A stretch of DNA of 64,000 nucleotides from an uncultured cyanobacterium (lineage in GTDB: Bacteria > Cyanobacteriota > Cyanobacteriia > Cyanobacteriales > Nostocaceae), in NCBI GenBank assembly GCA_963706595.1, contig OY970166.1, positions 3,872,001 through 3,936,000 of the forward strand, in the 5' to 3' direction. Positions 8,744-18,585 of the stretch are shown here, piece by piece. Both the position numbers and the translations under genes were made by a program. The notes under the pieces were generated by a model. The model was given only the letters and a program-made list of their open reading frames with translations, made no database searches and was not told where the DNA came from. Position 1 is the first letter of the stretch, and every line of letters starts with the position of its first letter.

Positions 8744-11263
8744 ATGCTCGACACTGAAACCAAACGCCGCATCGATACCGCCCGTGACATTCTTGTGGGG
8801 AAGGTTCCCGATCCTAAGTCTCAGGTAGAGCAGATCACGATCGCACTCATCTACAAGTTCATGGATGATATGGACGCTGAGGTGGAGGAGTTAGGCGGCG
8901 ATCGCACTTTTTTCGCGGACTCATTTGCCAAGTTTGGCTGGTCGATGTTGATGAATCCGAGGGTGGGCGGTCATGAGTTGCTAAGTCTCTACAGTGAGGG
9001 CATTAGCACAATGCCGCAAAATGAGGGGATTCCTGCGTTATTTCGGGACATTTTCAAAAATGCTTATTTGCCCTATCGCGATCCTGAGACGCTGAAAAGT
9101 TTTCTGAAGGTGATCGATGAGTTTAAATACGATCATTCCGAGCGGTTGGGGGATGCGTTTGAATATTTGCTCTCTGTGTTGGGTTCCCAGGGGGATGCGG
9201 GACAGTTTCGCACACCGCGCCATATTATCGATTTTATTGTGGAGATTATTCAGCCGAAAAAGGGTGAGGTGATTCTCGATCCGGCTTGTGGTACGGCGGG
9301 TTTTTTGATTTCCGCATACAAGCATATTTTGCGGTCAAATCTGGATGGTCAGGGCAATAGTACCCTTACGCCCGATGAGAAGGGACGGATGGCGACAAAT
9401 TTTAAGGGTTATGATATTTCGCCCGATATGGTGCGGTTGTCGTTGGTAAATCTCTATTTGCATGGGTTTAAAAGTCCGCAAATTGCCGAGTATGATACGC
9501 TGACATCTGAGGATAAGTGGAATGAGTTTGCAGATGTGATTCTTGCCAATCCGCCGTTTATGTCTCCGAAGGGTGGGATTAAGCCTCATAAACGTTTTTC
9601 GATTAAGGCCAAACGGAGTGAGGTGCTTTTTGTTGATTACATGGCGGAACATCTGTCGCCTAATGGTCGGGCGGGGATTATTGTCCCTGAAGGTATCATT
9701 TTTCAGAGTCAGACGGCGTATAAAAGTTTGCGAAAGATGCTGGTAGAAAGCTCGCTGGTAGCGGTGGTTTCGCTACCTGCGGGGGTGTTTAATCCCTATT
9801 CGGGTGTGAAGACTTCGATTTTGATTTTGGATAAGTCTTTGGCGAAAAAGTCTGATACGGTGGCGTTTTTTAAAGTAGAAAATGATGGTTTTGGTTTGGG
9901 CGCACAACGGCGAGAGGTTTCTGGGGAACAGCTTACACAGGTAAAAATCGAGTTAGCGGAATATCTGCAAGCTGTTCGCAATCAAGTATCGACTGATAAT
10001 ATTTTGTTTACTCATGGGTTGATTGTTCCTAAAGTAAAGATTGCTGCTAATGGTGACTATAACTTTAGTGGGGAGAGGTATCGGGAAGGTGTATTAACTA
10101 ATCATATTTTCCCTTTAGTTAAAATTGGTGATATTTGCACAATCAACCCACGCAAAAGCCAATTAGCTGACCTTAGCCCTGATACTCGCGTTTCATTTGT
10201 ACCAATGGCGGATATTAACGAGCATCAAATGGAATTTAAACCTGTGGCAGAGAAATTACTCTCAGAGGTGACATCAAGCTATACATATTTTGAAGACAAT
10301 GATGTTCTCTTTGCTAAAGTTACACCTTGCTTTGAGAATGGTAAAGCTGGTATTGCAAAAGGACTTCTTAATGGAATTGGATTTGGCTCTAGTGAGTTTT
10401 ATGTACTGCGAAGTTCAGATCAAGTGCTTCCTGAGTTTATCTATTTTTGTATAAATCATCCATTGTTTAGAGATGCCGCAGTTGCTCAAATGACAGGTAC
10501 AGGAGGTTTACAGCGTGTACCAAGAGACTATGTAGAAAATTCTAAAATACCTCTACCCCCGATCGCAATTCAGCAAGAAATCGTAGCAGAGATCGAAAGT
10601 TACCAAAAAGTCATCAACGGCGCTCGTGCAGTCATCGACAACTACCGTCCTCATATTGCGATCGATCCTGATTGGGAAATGGTTAAATTGGGTGAAATTT
10701 CAGAAAAAATTCAATATGGTTTATCCTCCCCACTTAATACAGAAGGATCAGGATTTAAAACATTTCGTATGAATGAGCTTGTTGAAGGGAAGTGTATTGA
10801 TCGTGGTGATATGAAATGTTCTGAAATTTATCGCGATGAGTTTGATAAATATAGACTAACTCGTGGCAATCTTCTTTTTAATCGCACTAATAGTTTTGAA
10901 CACGTTGGTCGTACTGGAATATTTGATTTAGACGGTGAATATTGTTTTGCTTCCTACTTGATAAGACTCATAATTGATGAAAGCAAAGCTAATCCATTTT
11001 TTGTTAATGCCTTTATGAACTCTGAAAACTTTCAACAAGGCATCAAACAATTCGCCAGCCGTGCCATTGGTCAATCAAACATCAATGCAAAATCTCTCGC
11101 AAATTATGCAATCCCTCTTCCATCTCTCGAAACTCAACAGGCTATAGTCGCAGAAATAGAAGCCGAGCAAACCCTTGTTAACGCCAACCGCGAACTAATC
11201 ACCCGCTTTGAGAAAAAGATCCAAAACACCCTTAACCGTATCTGGGGAGAACAAAAGGATTAG
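8744..11263 (+). CDS. Fused type I methyltransferase-specificity subunit (HsdM-HsdS), N6-adenine MTase
   Basis: GQFRTP, DPACGTAGFL and NPPF MTase motifs, followed in frame by two TRD repeats ending IPLPPIAIQQEIVAEIE and IPLPSLETQQAIVAEIE. Confidence 0.88.
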   Translation: MLDTETKRRIDTARDILVGKVPDPKSQVEQITIALIYKFMDDMDAEVEELGGDRTFFADSFAKFGWSMLMNPRVGGHELLSLYSEGISTMPQNEGIPALFRDIFKNAYLPYRDPETLKSFLKVIDEFKYDHSERLGDAFEYLLSVLGSQGDAGQFRTPRHIIDFIVEIIQPKKGEVILDPACGTAGFLISAYKHILRSNLDGQGNSTLTPDEKGRMATNFKGYDISPDMVRLSLVNLYLHGFKSPQIAEYDTLTSEDKWNEFADVILANPPFMSPKGGIKPHKRFSIKAKRSEVLFVDYMAEHLSPNGRAGIIVPEGIIFQSQTAYKSLRKMLVESSLVAVVSLPAGVFNPYSGVKTSILILDKSLAKKSDTVAFFKVENDGFGLGAQRREVSGEQLTQVKIELAEYLQAVRNQVSTDNILFTHGLIVPKVKIAANGDYNFSGERYREGVLTNHIFPLVKIGDICTINPRKSQLADLSPDTRVSFVPMADINEHQMEFKPVAEKLLSEVTSSYTYFEDNDVLFAKVTPCFENGKAGIAKGLLNGIGFGSSEFYVLRSSDQVLPEFIYFCINHPLFRDAAVAQMTGTGGLQRVPRDYVENSKIPLPPIAIQQEIVAEIESYQKVINGARAVIDNYRPHIAIDPDWEMVKLGEISEKIQYGLSSPLNTEGSGFKTFRMNELVEGKCIDRGDMKCSEIYRDEFDKYRLTRGNLLFNRTNSFEHVGRTGIFDLDGEYCFASYLIRLIIDESKANPFFVNAFMNSENFQQGIKQFASRAIGQSNINAKSLANYAIPLPSLETQQAIVAEIEAEQTLVNANRELITRFEKKIQNTLNRIWGEQKD

Positions 11264-11290
11264 ATAAAAGTATGGATGAAGCACTGCAAT

Positions 11291-11435
11291 TACAGCAATT
11301 TTCATATAATTAGACCACGCGCTGATATCTGTATTTCTTTCTTCCTTTGCGCCTTTGCGCCTAACGTACTTCGTACTTCGCTTCGCTGATGCGTGAGATA
11401 TAAAGATGTAGTTCATTTAGCTAAAAATCGCTGTA
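11291..11435. mobile_element. MITE-like element with TA ends
   Basis: Termini TACAGCAATTTT and AAAATCGCTGTA are imperfect inverted repeats; internal cctttgcg tandem. Confidence 0.55.
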
Positions 11436-11450
11436 TAGGAGAATTAACAA

Positions 11451-11882
11451 ATGGATGAATTCATGGAAGCTGCGATCGCACAAGCAAAACAAGGTAAAAA
11501 AGAAGGTGGGATACCCATCGGTTCTATTCTCGTTAAAGATGGCAAAATTCTCGGTAGAGGACATAACAAACGTGTCCAAGACAATGATCCTGTCACCCAC
11601 GCTGAAATAGATTGTCTCCGCAATGCTGGGCGAGTTGGTAGTTATAGAGGTACAACACTTTACTCTACCTTAATGCCGTGTTATTTGTGCGCTGGTGCAG
11701 TGGTGCAATTTGGGATTAAAAAAGTCATCGCCGGAGAATCGAGAACTTTTCCCGGTGCTAAAGAATTTATGGTATCTCACGGTGTGGAAGTAATTGATCT
11801 CAACCTTGATGAATGCGAACAAATGATGAGTGAATTTATTGAAACTAATCCCGAATTATGGAATGAAGATATTGGAAAGTAG
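11451..11882 (+). CDS. Cytosine/nucleoside deaminase (zinc-dependent)
   Basis: HAEIDC and PCYLC motifs; C-terminal LWNEDIG typical of the yeast-type cytosine deaminase group. Confidence 0.88.
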   Translation: MDEFMEAAIAQAKQGKKEGGIPIGSILVKDGKILGRGHNKRVQDNDPVTHAEIDCLRNAGRVGSYRGTTLYSTLMPCYLCAGAVVQFGIKKVIAGESRTFPGAKEFMVSHGVEVIDLNLDECEQMMSEFIETNPELWNEDIGK

Positions 11883-11964
11883 TCATTAGTCATTGGTCAT
11901 TAGTCATTGGAAAGTTACATTTTCCCCCTACTCCCCACTCCCTACTCCCTACTCCCCACTCCCC
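11881..11964. repeat. STRR heptamer tandem repeats between convergent genes
   Basis: (a/g)gtcatt x4 at 11881-11910; ccc(t/c)act x5 at 11926-11964, overlapping the rbsK stop. Confidence 0.8.
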
Positions 11965-12877
11965 TTTCTTCTAAGAAATAATCAAAGGTTAACTTATCGG
12001 GTAAAGAAGTTTGTGCGCCTAGTTTTGTGGCTGCTAAAGCACCGGCGGCTGAACCCCAAATAATTGCCTGATGTAAAGAAAGTCCTCTATAAAGTGCGGC
12101 TGCTAAACCACCATTGAAAGCATCCCCAGCAGCAACGGTGTCCACAGCATGAACTGGAAAAGCGGGGACAAAAAATGTTTCCTCAGCAGTGGCACAGATA
12201 GCACCTTTTGCACCCAGTTTGACGATCGCACATTTCACACCTCTTTGTAATAAAACTTTAGCTGCTTTAAGTGCTGATTCCTGATTATCTACAGGAAAAC
12301 CCACCAACTGCCCCGCTTCTACTTCATTTGGTGTAATAATATCGACTAATTGGTATAGTTCATCCGGTAAATTCCCTTGTGCGGGTGCGGGATCTAAAAT
12401 TACTTTTATATTTGCATCTTTCGCTGCTTTGGCTGCTGCTACTACCGCATCAATGGGAATTTCTAGTTGTAAAAGTAGTGCTGAAGCTGTTGGTAATAAA
12501 TGGGATAATCGCTCTATATCTTCTTGATTAACTCGTCCATTTGCACCAGGAATAACAACGATTTGATTTTCACCAGCATCATCTACGGTGATCATAGCAA
12601 CTCCAGAACTTACAGTTTCATCAATGAAGATATTATCTGTTTTTACGCCAGCAACTTGCAAATTATGGACAAGTTCTGCACCAAAACTCTGTGCGCCTAC
12701 ACGTCCCACCATGTAAGTAGGAATTTCTAATCTTGCTAATGCTACGGCTTGATTTGCTCCTTTGCCTCCTGGTATTTTGAAAAAGTCTTTTCCTAATATG
12801 GTTTCACCTGCAATTGGTAATCGGGATGTGGTCGCTACTAAGTCTATGTTGATGCTGCCGAAGACGATAATGGTCAT
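11942..12877 (-). CDS. rbsK: Ribokinase
   Basis: GSINIDL, PGGKGANQAVA, LLQLE, TPNEVEA and DTVAAGDAFNG motifs. Confidence 0.93.
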   Translation of the reverse strand: MTIIVFGSINIDLVATTSRLPIAGETILGKDFFKIPGGKGANQAVALARLEIPTYMVGRVGAQSFGAELVHNLQVAGVKTDNIFIDETVSSGVAMITVDDAGENQIVVIPGANGRVNQEDIERLSHLLPTASALLLQLEIPIDAVVAAAKAAKDANIKVILDPAPAQGNLPDELYQLVDIITPNEVEAGQLVGFPVDNQESALKAAKVLLQRGVKCAIVKLGAKGAICATAEETFFVPAFPVHAVDTVAAGDAFNGGLAAALYRGLSLHQAIIWGSAAGALAATKLGAQTSLPDKLTFDYFLEERGVGSRE

Positions 12878-13002
12878 GATTTGAGGATTTTATTTTTTTA
12901 ACGCAAAGTTACGCAAAGGTTAGCGCAAAGGTACGCAGAGTGTTTGTTAGGCTCTTTTGCTGATTTTTTGATATCTTGGTAGAAAAGCGGAGGATAAGTT
13001 TT

Positions 13003-13641
13003 ATGGTGATGACTGCACCCACTCATTCCCAACGCGCCATACTGCCAAACATCAGTTGGCATACCTTTGAAACCATCCTCGCAGAAATGGGGGATAATCG
13101 GGCAACACGACTGGCTTATGACCACGGAACACTGGAAATTATGACTCCTTTAATGCCCCATGAGCATAATAATAGACTGTTGGAACACTTGGTTTTTGCT
13201 TTGGCTGAGGAACTCAACCTGAATCTGAAAAGCACTGGTTCTGTAACTTGTAAGCGACAAGATTTAAGCCGTGGTGTGGAACCAGATTCGAGTTTTTACA
13301 TCCAGAATGAACCTGTGATGCGTCATAAGCAAAATCTTGATTTAAGCCAAGATCCACCACCTGATTTAGTAATTGAGGTAGACTATACCAGCGCTTCTGT
13401 TGACCGACTTCCGATATATCTGGCTTTGGGTGTACCAGAGGTTTGGCGTTATGACGAACCCGTAATGCAGATTTACCAGTTGGAAGAGGGTGTATATCTT
13501 CCTTGTGATGTTTCGCCAACTTTCGCTAATCTGCCTTTAACAACTGAAATACCCCGGTTTTTGCAAGAAAGTTTAAAAATTGGGGAAATACCGATGATTC
13601 GCTCGTTCCGTGATTGGTTAAAACAGCAAAAAGCAAATTAA
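13003..13641 (+). CDS. Uma2 family (PD-(D/E)XK) endonuclease
   Basis: GVEPDSSFYIQN, PPPDLVIEVD and YLALGVPEVW; ATG at 13003 after GGAGG. Confidence 0.9.
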   Translation: MVMTAPTHSQRAILPNISWHTFETILAEMGDNRATRLAYDHGTLEIMTPLMPHEHNNRLLEHLVFALAEELNLNLKSTGSVTCKRQDLSRGVEPDSSFYIQNEPVMRHKQNLDLSQDPPPDLVIEVDYTSASVDRLPIYLALGVPEVWRYDEPVMQIYQLEEGVYLPCDVSPTFANLPLTTEIPRFLQESLKIGEIPMIRSFRDWLKQQKAN

Positions 13642-13828
13642 CAGGGCAGTGCAGCTATGCAGATCAGAGCTTTACGCGATCGCCTGTTCCGTCATAAATT
13701 TAAATATACTGTGAAAATTTTACGTTATGTACACTTAATTTTAAACTAATTACGCACGCTAATAATATACTGAGTACAGTCGCTAACATCATTCACCACA
13801 AAGAATTAAAGAAAGGCTGTACTAGCTC

Positions 13829-15445
13829 ATGAGTCATTCCCCAATCTTTAGAAAATTAGCACATACAATTCGTGTTGTTCGTTATTGTCAAAAACACAAT
13901 ATCTCGACTAGCGAAGGGTGGGAACGAATTTCTGCTATTGAAGAAATAATGTCAGTTCGCAAAACCAAACGGCGGGAGTTTCTGGCAGATTTGGGGAAAC
14001 TGACTTTATTGGGTGGAAGCATTGGTGTAGGGTCTGGCTATTTTCACCGTACTTTAGCTGCACCCCCTGTAGATGCAAAAATAGCAATTGTCGGGACTGG
14101 TTTGGCTGGACTTGCTTGTGGTTACGAACTCCAGCAGAAAGGAATTAAGGCGACTCTCTACGAAGCCAGTGAACGAACCGGGGGACGTTGCTATTCCCTT
14201 GCTGGTGTGTTTCCTGGCCAAGTTGCAGAACGAGGTGGAGAGTTTATTGATAACTTACACAAGACAATGCTGGGATATGTCAAGGAGTTTAAGCTACAAC
14301 TAGAAGATTTATCGAAAGAACCAGGGGAAATATTTTATTACTTTAATAATCAACGTTATTCAGAGTCAGCAGTAGTTGATGAATTTCGCAGTTTTGTTGA
14401 TGTCATGAGAAATGACTTAAGGCAACTCAAACAGCCAACTGCTAACAATTTTACTGAAGCTGAAAGAATTTTAGATTTTACTAATCTCCAAGATTATCTC
14501 AGTAGTCGCGGTGCTGGGAATCTGATTAAAAATGTCCTGAACTCTGCCTATATTGGTGAATATGGTAGAGAATTAGACGAGCAAAGCTGTATAAATTTAC
14601 TGCTATTTATTCATGCGGATAAGCGCTCAAAATTTAGACCATTTGGCGTGTTTAGTGATGAGCGTTATCATGTAATTGGCGGGAATCAGCAGATTGTTGA
14701 AGGTTTAACAAATCGGCTATCAGGACAAATCAAATATGCTCAAAAGCTGACTGCGGCAAGGAAAGATGCCGCAGGTAAAATTGAATTGATTTTTAATAAT
14801 AGTTCCAGTGAGAAATTTGATGCTGTTGTATTTGCTGTTCCTTTTTCAACTTTAAGAGAAGTGGATTTACAAGGACTACAACTTCCTCAATGGAAAATTG
14901 CAGCTATTAATAATTTAGTTTACGGAACCAATTCAAAACTGATGGTGGGCTTTAATAGCCGTCCTTGGTCTACCTTGGGAAGTAATGGTTCTACTTACGC
15001 TAATTTACCTTTTATTCAAGGCACTTGGGAAACTAATCCTAGCAAAGCTACTAATAATCAGGCTGTGTTGACAAATTACACTGGGGGAAATTTAGGCGCA
15101 GGACTCAACCCTACAAATATCCGCACAGAAACTGCTAATTTCCTCAAAGACCTGAATTTCATCTTTCCTGGGGCAGAAAATTCGGCAGTCCGAATTAATG
15201 GTAATCAGTATTTAGCACATTCCGAAAATTGGTTATTGAATCCACTCAATAAAGGCAGTTACACCTGCAACCAACCGGGATATTTTACAACCATTGCCGG
15301 GAATGAAGGCACGCCAGTAGATAATTTGTATTTTGCAGGTGAACACACTAATTCATTTTATGAGTGGCAAGGTTTTATGGAAGGTGCTGCTAATTCAGGA
15401 ATTAATGCCGCCAAGCAAATTATTCGGGATTCTCGGCGTAAATAA
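13829..15445 (+). CDS. Flavin-containing monoamine oxidase family protein
   Basis: IVGTGLAGL, EASERTGGR, ERGGEFID and FAGEHT...GFMEGAANSG. Confidence 0.88.
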   Translation: MSHSPIFRKLAHTIRVVRYCQKHNISTSEGWERISAIEEIMSVRKTKRREFLADLGKLTLLGGSIGVGSGYFHRTLAAPPVDAKIAIVGTGLAGLACGYELQQKGIKATLYEASERTGGRCYSLAGVFPGQVAERGGEFIDNLHKTMLGYVKEFKLQLEDLSKEPGEIFYYFNNQRYSESAVVDEFRSFVDVMRNDLRQLKQPTANNFTEAERILDFTNLQDYLSSRGAGNLIKNVLNSAYIGEYGRELDEQSCINLLLFIHADKRSKFRPFGVFSDERYHVIGGNQQIVEGLTNRLSGQIKYAQKLTAARKDAAGKIELIFNNSSSEKFDAVVFAVPFSTLREVDLQGLQLPQWKIAAINNLVYGTNSKLMVGFNSRPWSTLGSNGSTYANLPFIQGTWETNPSKATNNQAVLTNYTGGNLGAGLNPTNIRTETANFLKDLNFIFPGAENSAVRINGNQYLAHSENWLLNPLNKGSYTCNQPGYFTTIAGNEGTPVDNLYFAGEHTNSFYEWQGFMEGAANSGINAAKQIIRDSRRK

Positions 15446-15513
15446 AGTTAGGCGATCGCGATCGCTAAAACGCTATACCATATCAATGTGCATCATACAT
15501 CAGCTTTTTTCTT

Positions 15514-15894
15514 ATGCCTAATGTTGAACGCGACGAGAATAGAGAGCATCGCATTAAAACAGAGATAATTGTCGATGCTGAAGATAAAGAAGACAGGGCA
15601 ATGGGTTGGTACTACTACCTTGACGATACTCTGAATGTGCCATTTATGGCGACGTTAAAGAAGAAATCACGCAAAACATCCCTAGTTGAGGAAAAAACAG
15701 TTGAGGTGCTGGGAATGGCACCAGATGATGAGTGTTTAAAAGATATGTATGTAGAAGTGGTTTATCCCAATGGCCAGGATGAAGATGTGTTTACTGCCAA
15801 GCTATCAGATTTAGTAGCAATTGATACTGATAATGATACTAAAGAAGCGATCGCAGATTGGCATTATTGGCTTGCTAGAGGTTATAAATTCTAA
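15514..15894 (+). CDS. ccbP: Cyanobacterial calcium-binding protein CcbP
   Basis: 126 aa acidic protein; REHRIKTEIIVDAEDKEDRAMGWYYYL...AIADWHYWLARGYKF matches the Anabaena CcbP pattern. Confidence 0.88.
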   Translation: MPNVERDENREHRIKTEIIVDAEDKEDRAMGWYYYLDDTLNVPFMATLKKKSRKTSLVEEKTVEVLGMAPDDECLKDMYVEVVYPNGQDEDVFTAKLSDLVAIDTDNDTKEAIADWHYWLARGYKF

Positions 15895-15905
15895 AAATCA
15901 GCAAT

Positions 15906-16463
15906 TTATAAATGCCGAATAATTTGGCAGGGGTTGCCAGCAGCAACAACATTTGCCGGGACATCTTTGACAACTACACTACCAGCACCAATAGTCGTAT
16001 TGTCGCCAATTGTCACGCCTGGACAAATAATTGCACTCCCACCAATCCAAACATTATTGCCAATTTTCACTGGAGCAGCAAGTTCTCTACCAGAAAGACG
16101 TATTTCTGGCTCTGTGGGATGATATGCCGTATAAATTTGCACATAAGGAGCGCACAAGACATTTTCACCAATTGTGACTAAATTACAGTCTAAAATTACA
16201 CAACCATAGTTCATATATAATCCATCGCCAGCATCAATATTGTTGCCATAGTCACAATGAAAGGGCGGCACAATGGTGACTTTCTTTCCTAATTGACCAA
16301 ATAATTCTTGCAAAATTTGTTTCCTTTGTGCCTCCTGTACTTCTGTTGTGGTGTTGTACATTCGTAAGAGACGACTGGCTCGCTTTTGTGCTGATACTAA
16401 TTCCGCATCTTCTGCCAGATATAACTCACCGGATAACATTTTTTGTTTTTCTGTTTTTTCCAT
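15906..16463 (-). CDS. Sugar (maltose) O-acetyltransferase, hexapeptide-repeat family
   Basis: EKQKMLSGELY, PPFHCDYG, IGNNVWIGG and VAAGNP; ATG at 16463. Confidence 0.9.
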   Translation of the reverse strand: MEKTEKQKMLSGELYLAEDAELVSAQKRASRLLRMYNTTTEVQEAQRKQILQELFGQLGKKVTIVPPFHCDYGNNIDAGDGLYMNYGCVILDCNLVTIGENVLCAPYVQIYTAYHPTEPEIRLSGRELAAPVKIGNNVWIGGSAIICPGVTIGDNTTIGAGSVVVKDVPANVVAAGNPCQIIRHL

Positions 16464-16737
16464 ATAATTAATCTTCAAACAATACTTAGTATCAATTCAA
16501 CCTCATACACCACAATCACCAGAGTAAAAAAAATATTACCTGTTGTAGAGTCTTTTTAGGAGCAATTTCTGAATTATCTCGACATAAATCCCTCAGCAGG
16601 CGAGAAAATGGTATATATTTAAATTTGTATTCTCAAAAATGATTAGTAGTAAATCTACTGATATCTGTTTCTGCTTGACAATGCTAATTATTGCAAGTTA
16701 TTACTGAAAATAAGATAACAAAGGAGTTGAGTTAAAT

Positions 16738-17931
16738 ATGCCCTTTCGGATTTTAAGTTTAGACGGTGGGGGTATTCGCGGAGTAATTGCCGCAACGATG
16801 CTGGCTGCAATTGAGAAAGAAATTGGTCAACCCTTGAATCAGTACTTTGACTTAATTGCCGGAACTTCCACAGGGTCAATTTTAGCAGCTGGGGTTGCCG
16901 CAGGAATCAGTAGCAAAGAAATTGTTGAAATATATAAAGAAAAAGGCTCCATTATCTTTCCCTATAGAAGTCTTTTTTCATGGAAGCGAATTCCTTTACT
17001 ACTGAAGTACGGTTTATCTGCTCCTAAGTTTTCAGATGAGGGTTTGGCTCAAGTCCTCACCCAGACTCTGGGAAACACAAAACTATTAGATATTAAAGAT
17101 CCGTTACTATTAATTGTTGCTTACGATACCATTACCAGAGAGCCAATAGTCTTTAAAAGCTGGCGTGAAGAGGCTTGTTATGGCAATGTGCCTTTATGGG
17201 AAGCCTGTCTTTGTTCTTCTTCTGCTCCTACTTTTTTTCCAGCACATAAACTAGACAAACGAATCAATGGCATAGTGCAGTGTGCAGATGAGGATACTAT
17301 CACATTATGTGATCAGGTATCTGCAAGCAATAATATATATAATAATACGCACATTAGAATAACTAGTGGTACAGGAAAAGGTCAAACTCGGACTATCCAA
17401 AAGTATGAAGGTACAAAAAAAAGAGCTTTCATCGATTCACCTTGGGAAAATATTCCCGATCATACCTCTAGCTACTCTATCAAAACTATCTACTCGGCAA
17501 TTGATGGCGGCATTGCTGCGAATAATCCCTCTAGCTGTGCAGTTGCTGAAGCCTTAAAATTAGGACATAAAGTTGAAGACGTTAGCGTACTTTCTATAGG
17601 TACTGGTGATTTGACGCGAATCATCCCATTTGAAAAAGCCCAAGGCTGGGGTACTATACAATGGGTGCAGCCGCTAATTAGTATGTTGCTGGATGCTTCT
17701 TCAATTGTTCATGAGTATATCACTAATCAAATCATTGATGATCGGATTTTACGGTTGCAATTCAGGCTTGATGGAGAGTTAACAGGTAAACGTTTAAGTG
17801 ATGATATTGATGATGCGAGTCAAGGGAATATATGTAATTTAATTGAGGCGGCAGAAGTTTATATTCAACAACCAAAAGTGCAAGAAGCTTTGCAGCAATT
17901 TTTAGGATCTAAGAAACAGATAATTAAGTGA
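16738..17931 (+). CDS. Patatin-like phospholipase with an approximately 75-aa inserted domain
   Basis: LSLDGGGIRG, GTSTG, SSSAPTFFP, DGGIAANNP and LSIGTG; extra segment between PAH and DGG. Confidence 0.88.
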   Translation: MPFRILSLDGGGIRGVIAATMLAAIEKEIGQPLNQYFDLIAGTSTGSILAAGVAAGISSKEIVEIYKEKGSIIFPYRSLFSWKRIPLLLKYGLSAPKFSDEGLAQVLTQTLGNTKLLDIKDPLLLIVAYDTITREPIVFKSWREEACYGNVPLWEACLCSSSAPTFFPAHKLDKRINGIVQCADEDTITLCDQVSASNNIYNNTHIRITSGTGKGQTRTIQKYEGTKKRAFIDSPWENIPDHTSSYSIKTIYSAIDGGIAANNPSSCAVAEALKLGHKVEDVSVLSIGTGDLTRIIPFEKAQGWGTIQWVQPLISMLLDASSIVHEYITNQIIDDRILRLQFRLDGELTGKRLSDDIDDASQGNICNLIEAAEVYIQQPKVQEALQQFLGSKKQIIK

Positions 17932-18032
17932 TAACTGTTGGAAATAATTTCGGAGAGATATAAAACTAGTTGAAATAAAATATCAGGGGAGATATAATTT
18001 TATTCTTGATAGGTTGAGAAAAATTCAAGAAG

Positions 18033-18077
18033 TACCCAAGCTGTTTGAGAAAGTAAAAATCATCAACAGCTTGGTAT
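18033..18077. terminator. Hairpin between the convergent patatin gene and folB
   Basis: CCAAGCTGTT...AACAGCTTGG inverted repeat. Confidence 0.45.
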
Positions 18078-18142
18078 AATATACTTATAAATTTATCTCT
18101 TGATTGAGAGAATTTTTAAGTGGAGCAAAACCCAGCAGAATT

Positions 18143-18511
18143 TCAGGAGTTAGACTTAGTTTTGGTGAGTTCAATACTAATTCTGCCGCCAAAATCTGGA
18201 ATAGGTGCGGCGGGTTTACTGACAATGACTTGGACTTGGGTGACGCGATCGCACTGTTGCAGGATAGAATCAGCGATCGCACCCGCTAACCGCTCAATCA
18301 AAGAAAACTTAGCTGTTTTTACCAGATGTTGAATCGAGCTAATAACGCTGCGATAATCTAGAGTATCTTCAATTGCGTCAGTCTTGGCAGCTGTGGAGAT
18401 ATCTAACCATAACTTCACATCCACCTCAAACCATTGCCCTAATACCTGTTCTTCTGGTAGATACCCAGTGTAGCCATAGCAGCGAATATTGGTTAAATGA
18501 ATGCAATCCAT
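18143..18511 (-). CDS. folB: Dihydroneopterin aldolase
   Basis: YGYTGYLPEEQVLGQWFEVD, DTLDY, LIERLA and SKPAAP; ATG at 18511. Confidence 0.93.
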   Translation of the reverse strand: MDCIHLTNIRCYGYTGYLPEEQVLGQWFEVDVKLWLDISTAAKTDAIEDTLDYRSVISSIQHLVKTAKFSLIERLAGAIADSILQQCDRVTQVQVIVSKPAAPIPDFGGRISIELTKTKSNS

Positions 18512-18585
18512 AAGACTTTGAGAGTGAATTTGACATTTGGCAATGGAAAAACACAACTTTCCCAGAGGTAGTTCATAATTATCTG

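Noticed and set aside
16738..17931. CBASS system (CapV-like phospholipase)
   Set aside because: No CD-NTase or other CBASS gene is adjacent; the neighbours are a sugar acetyltransferase and folB.
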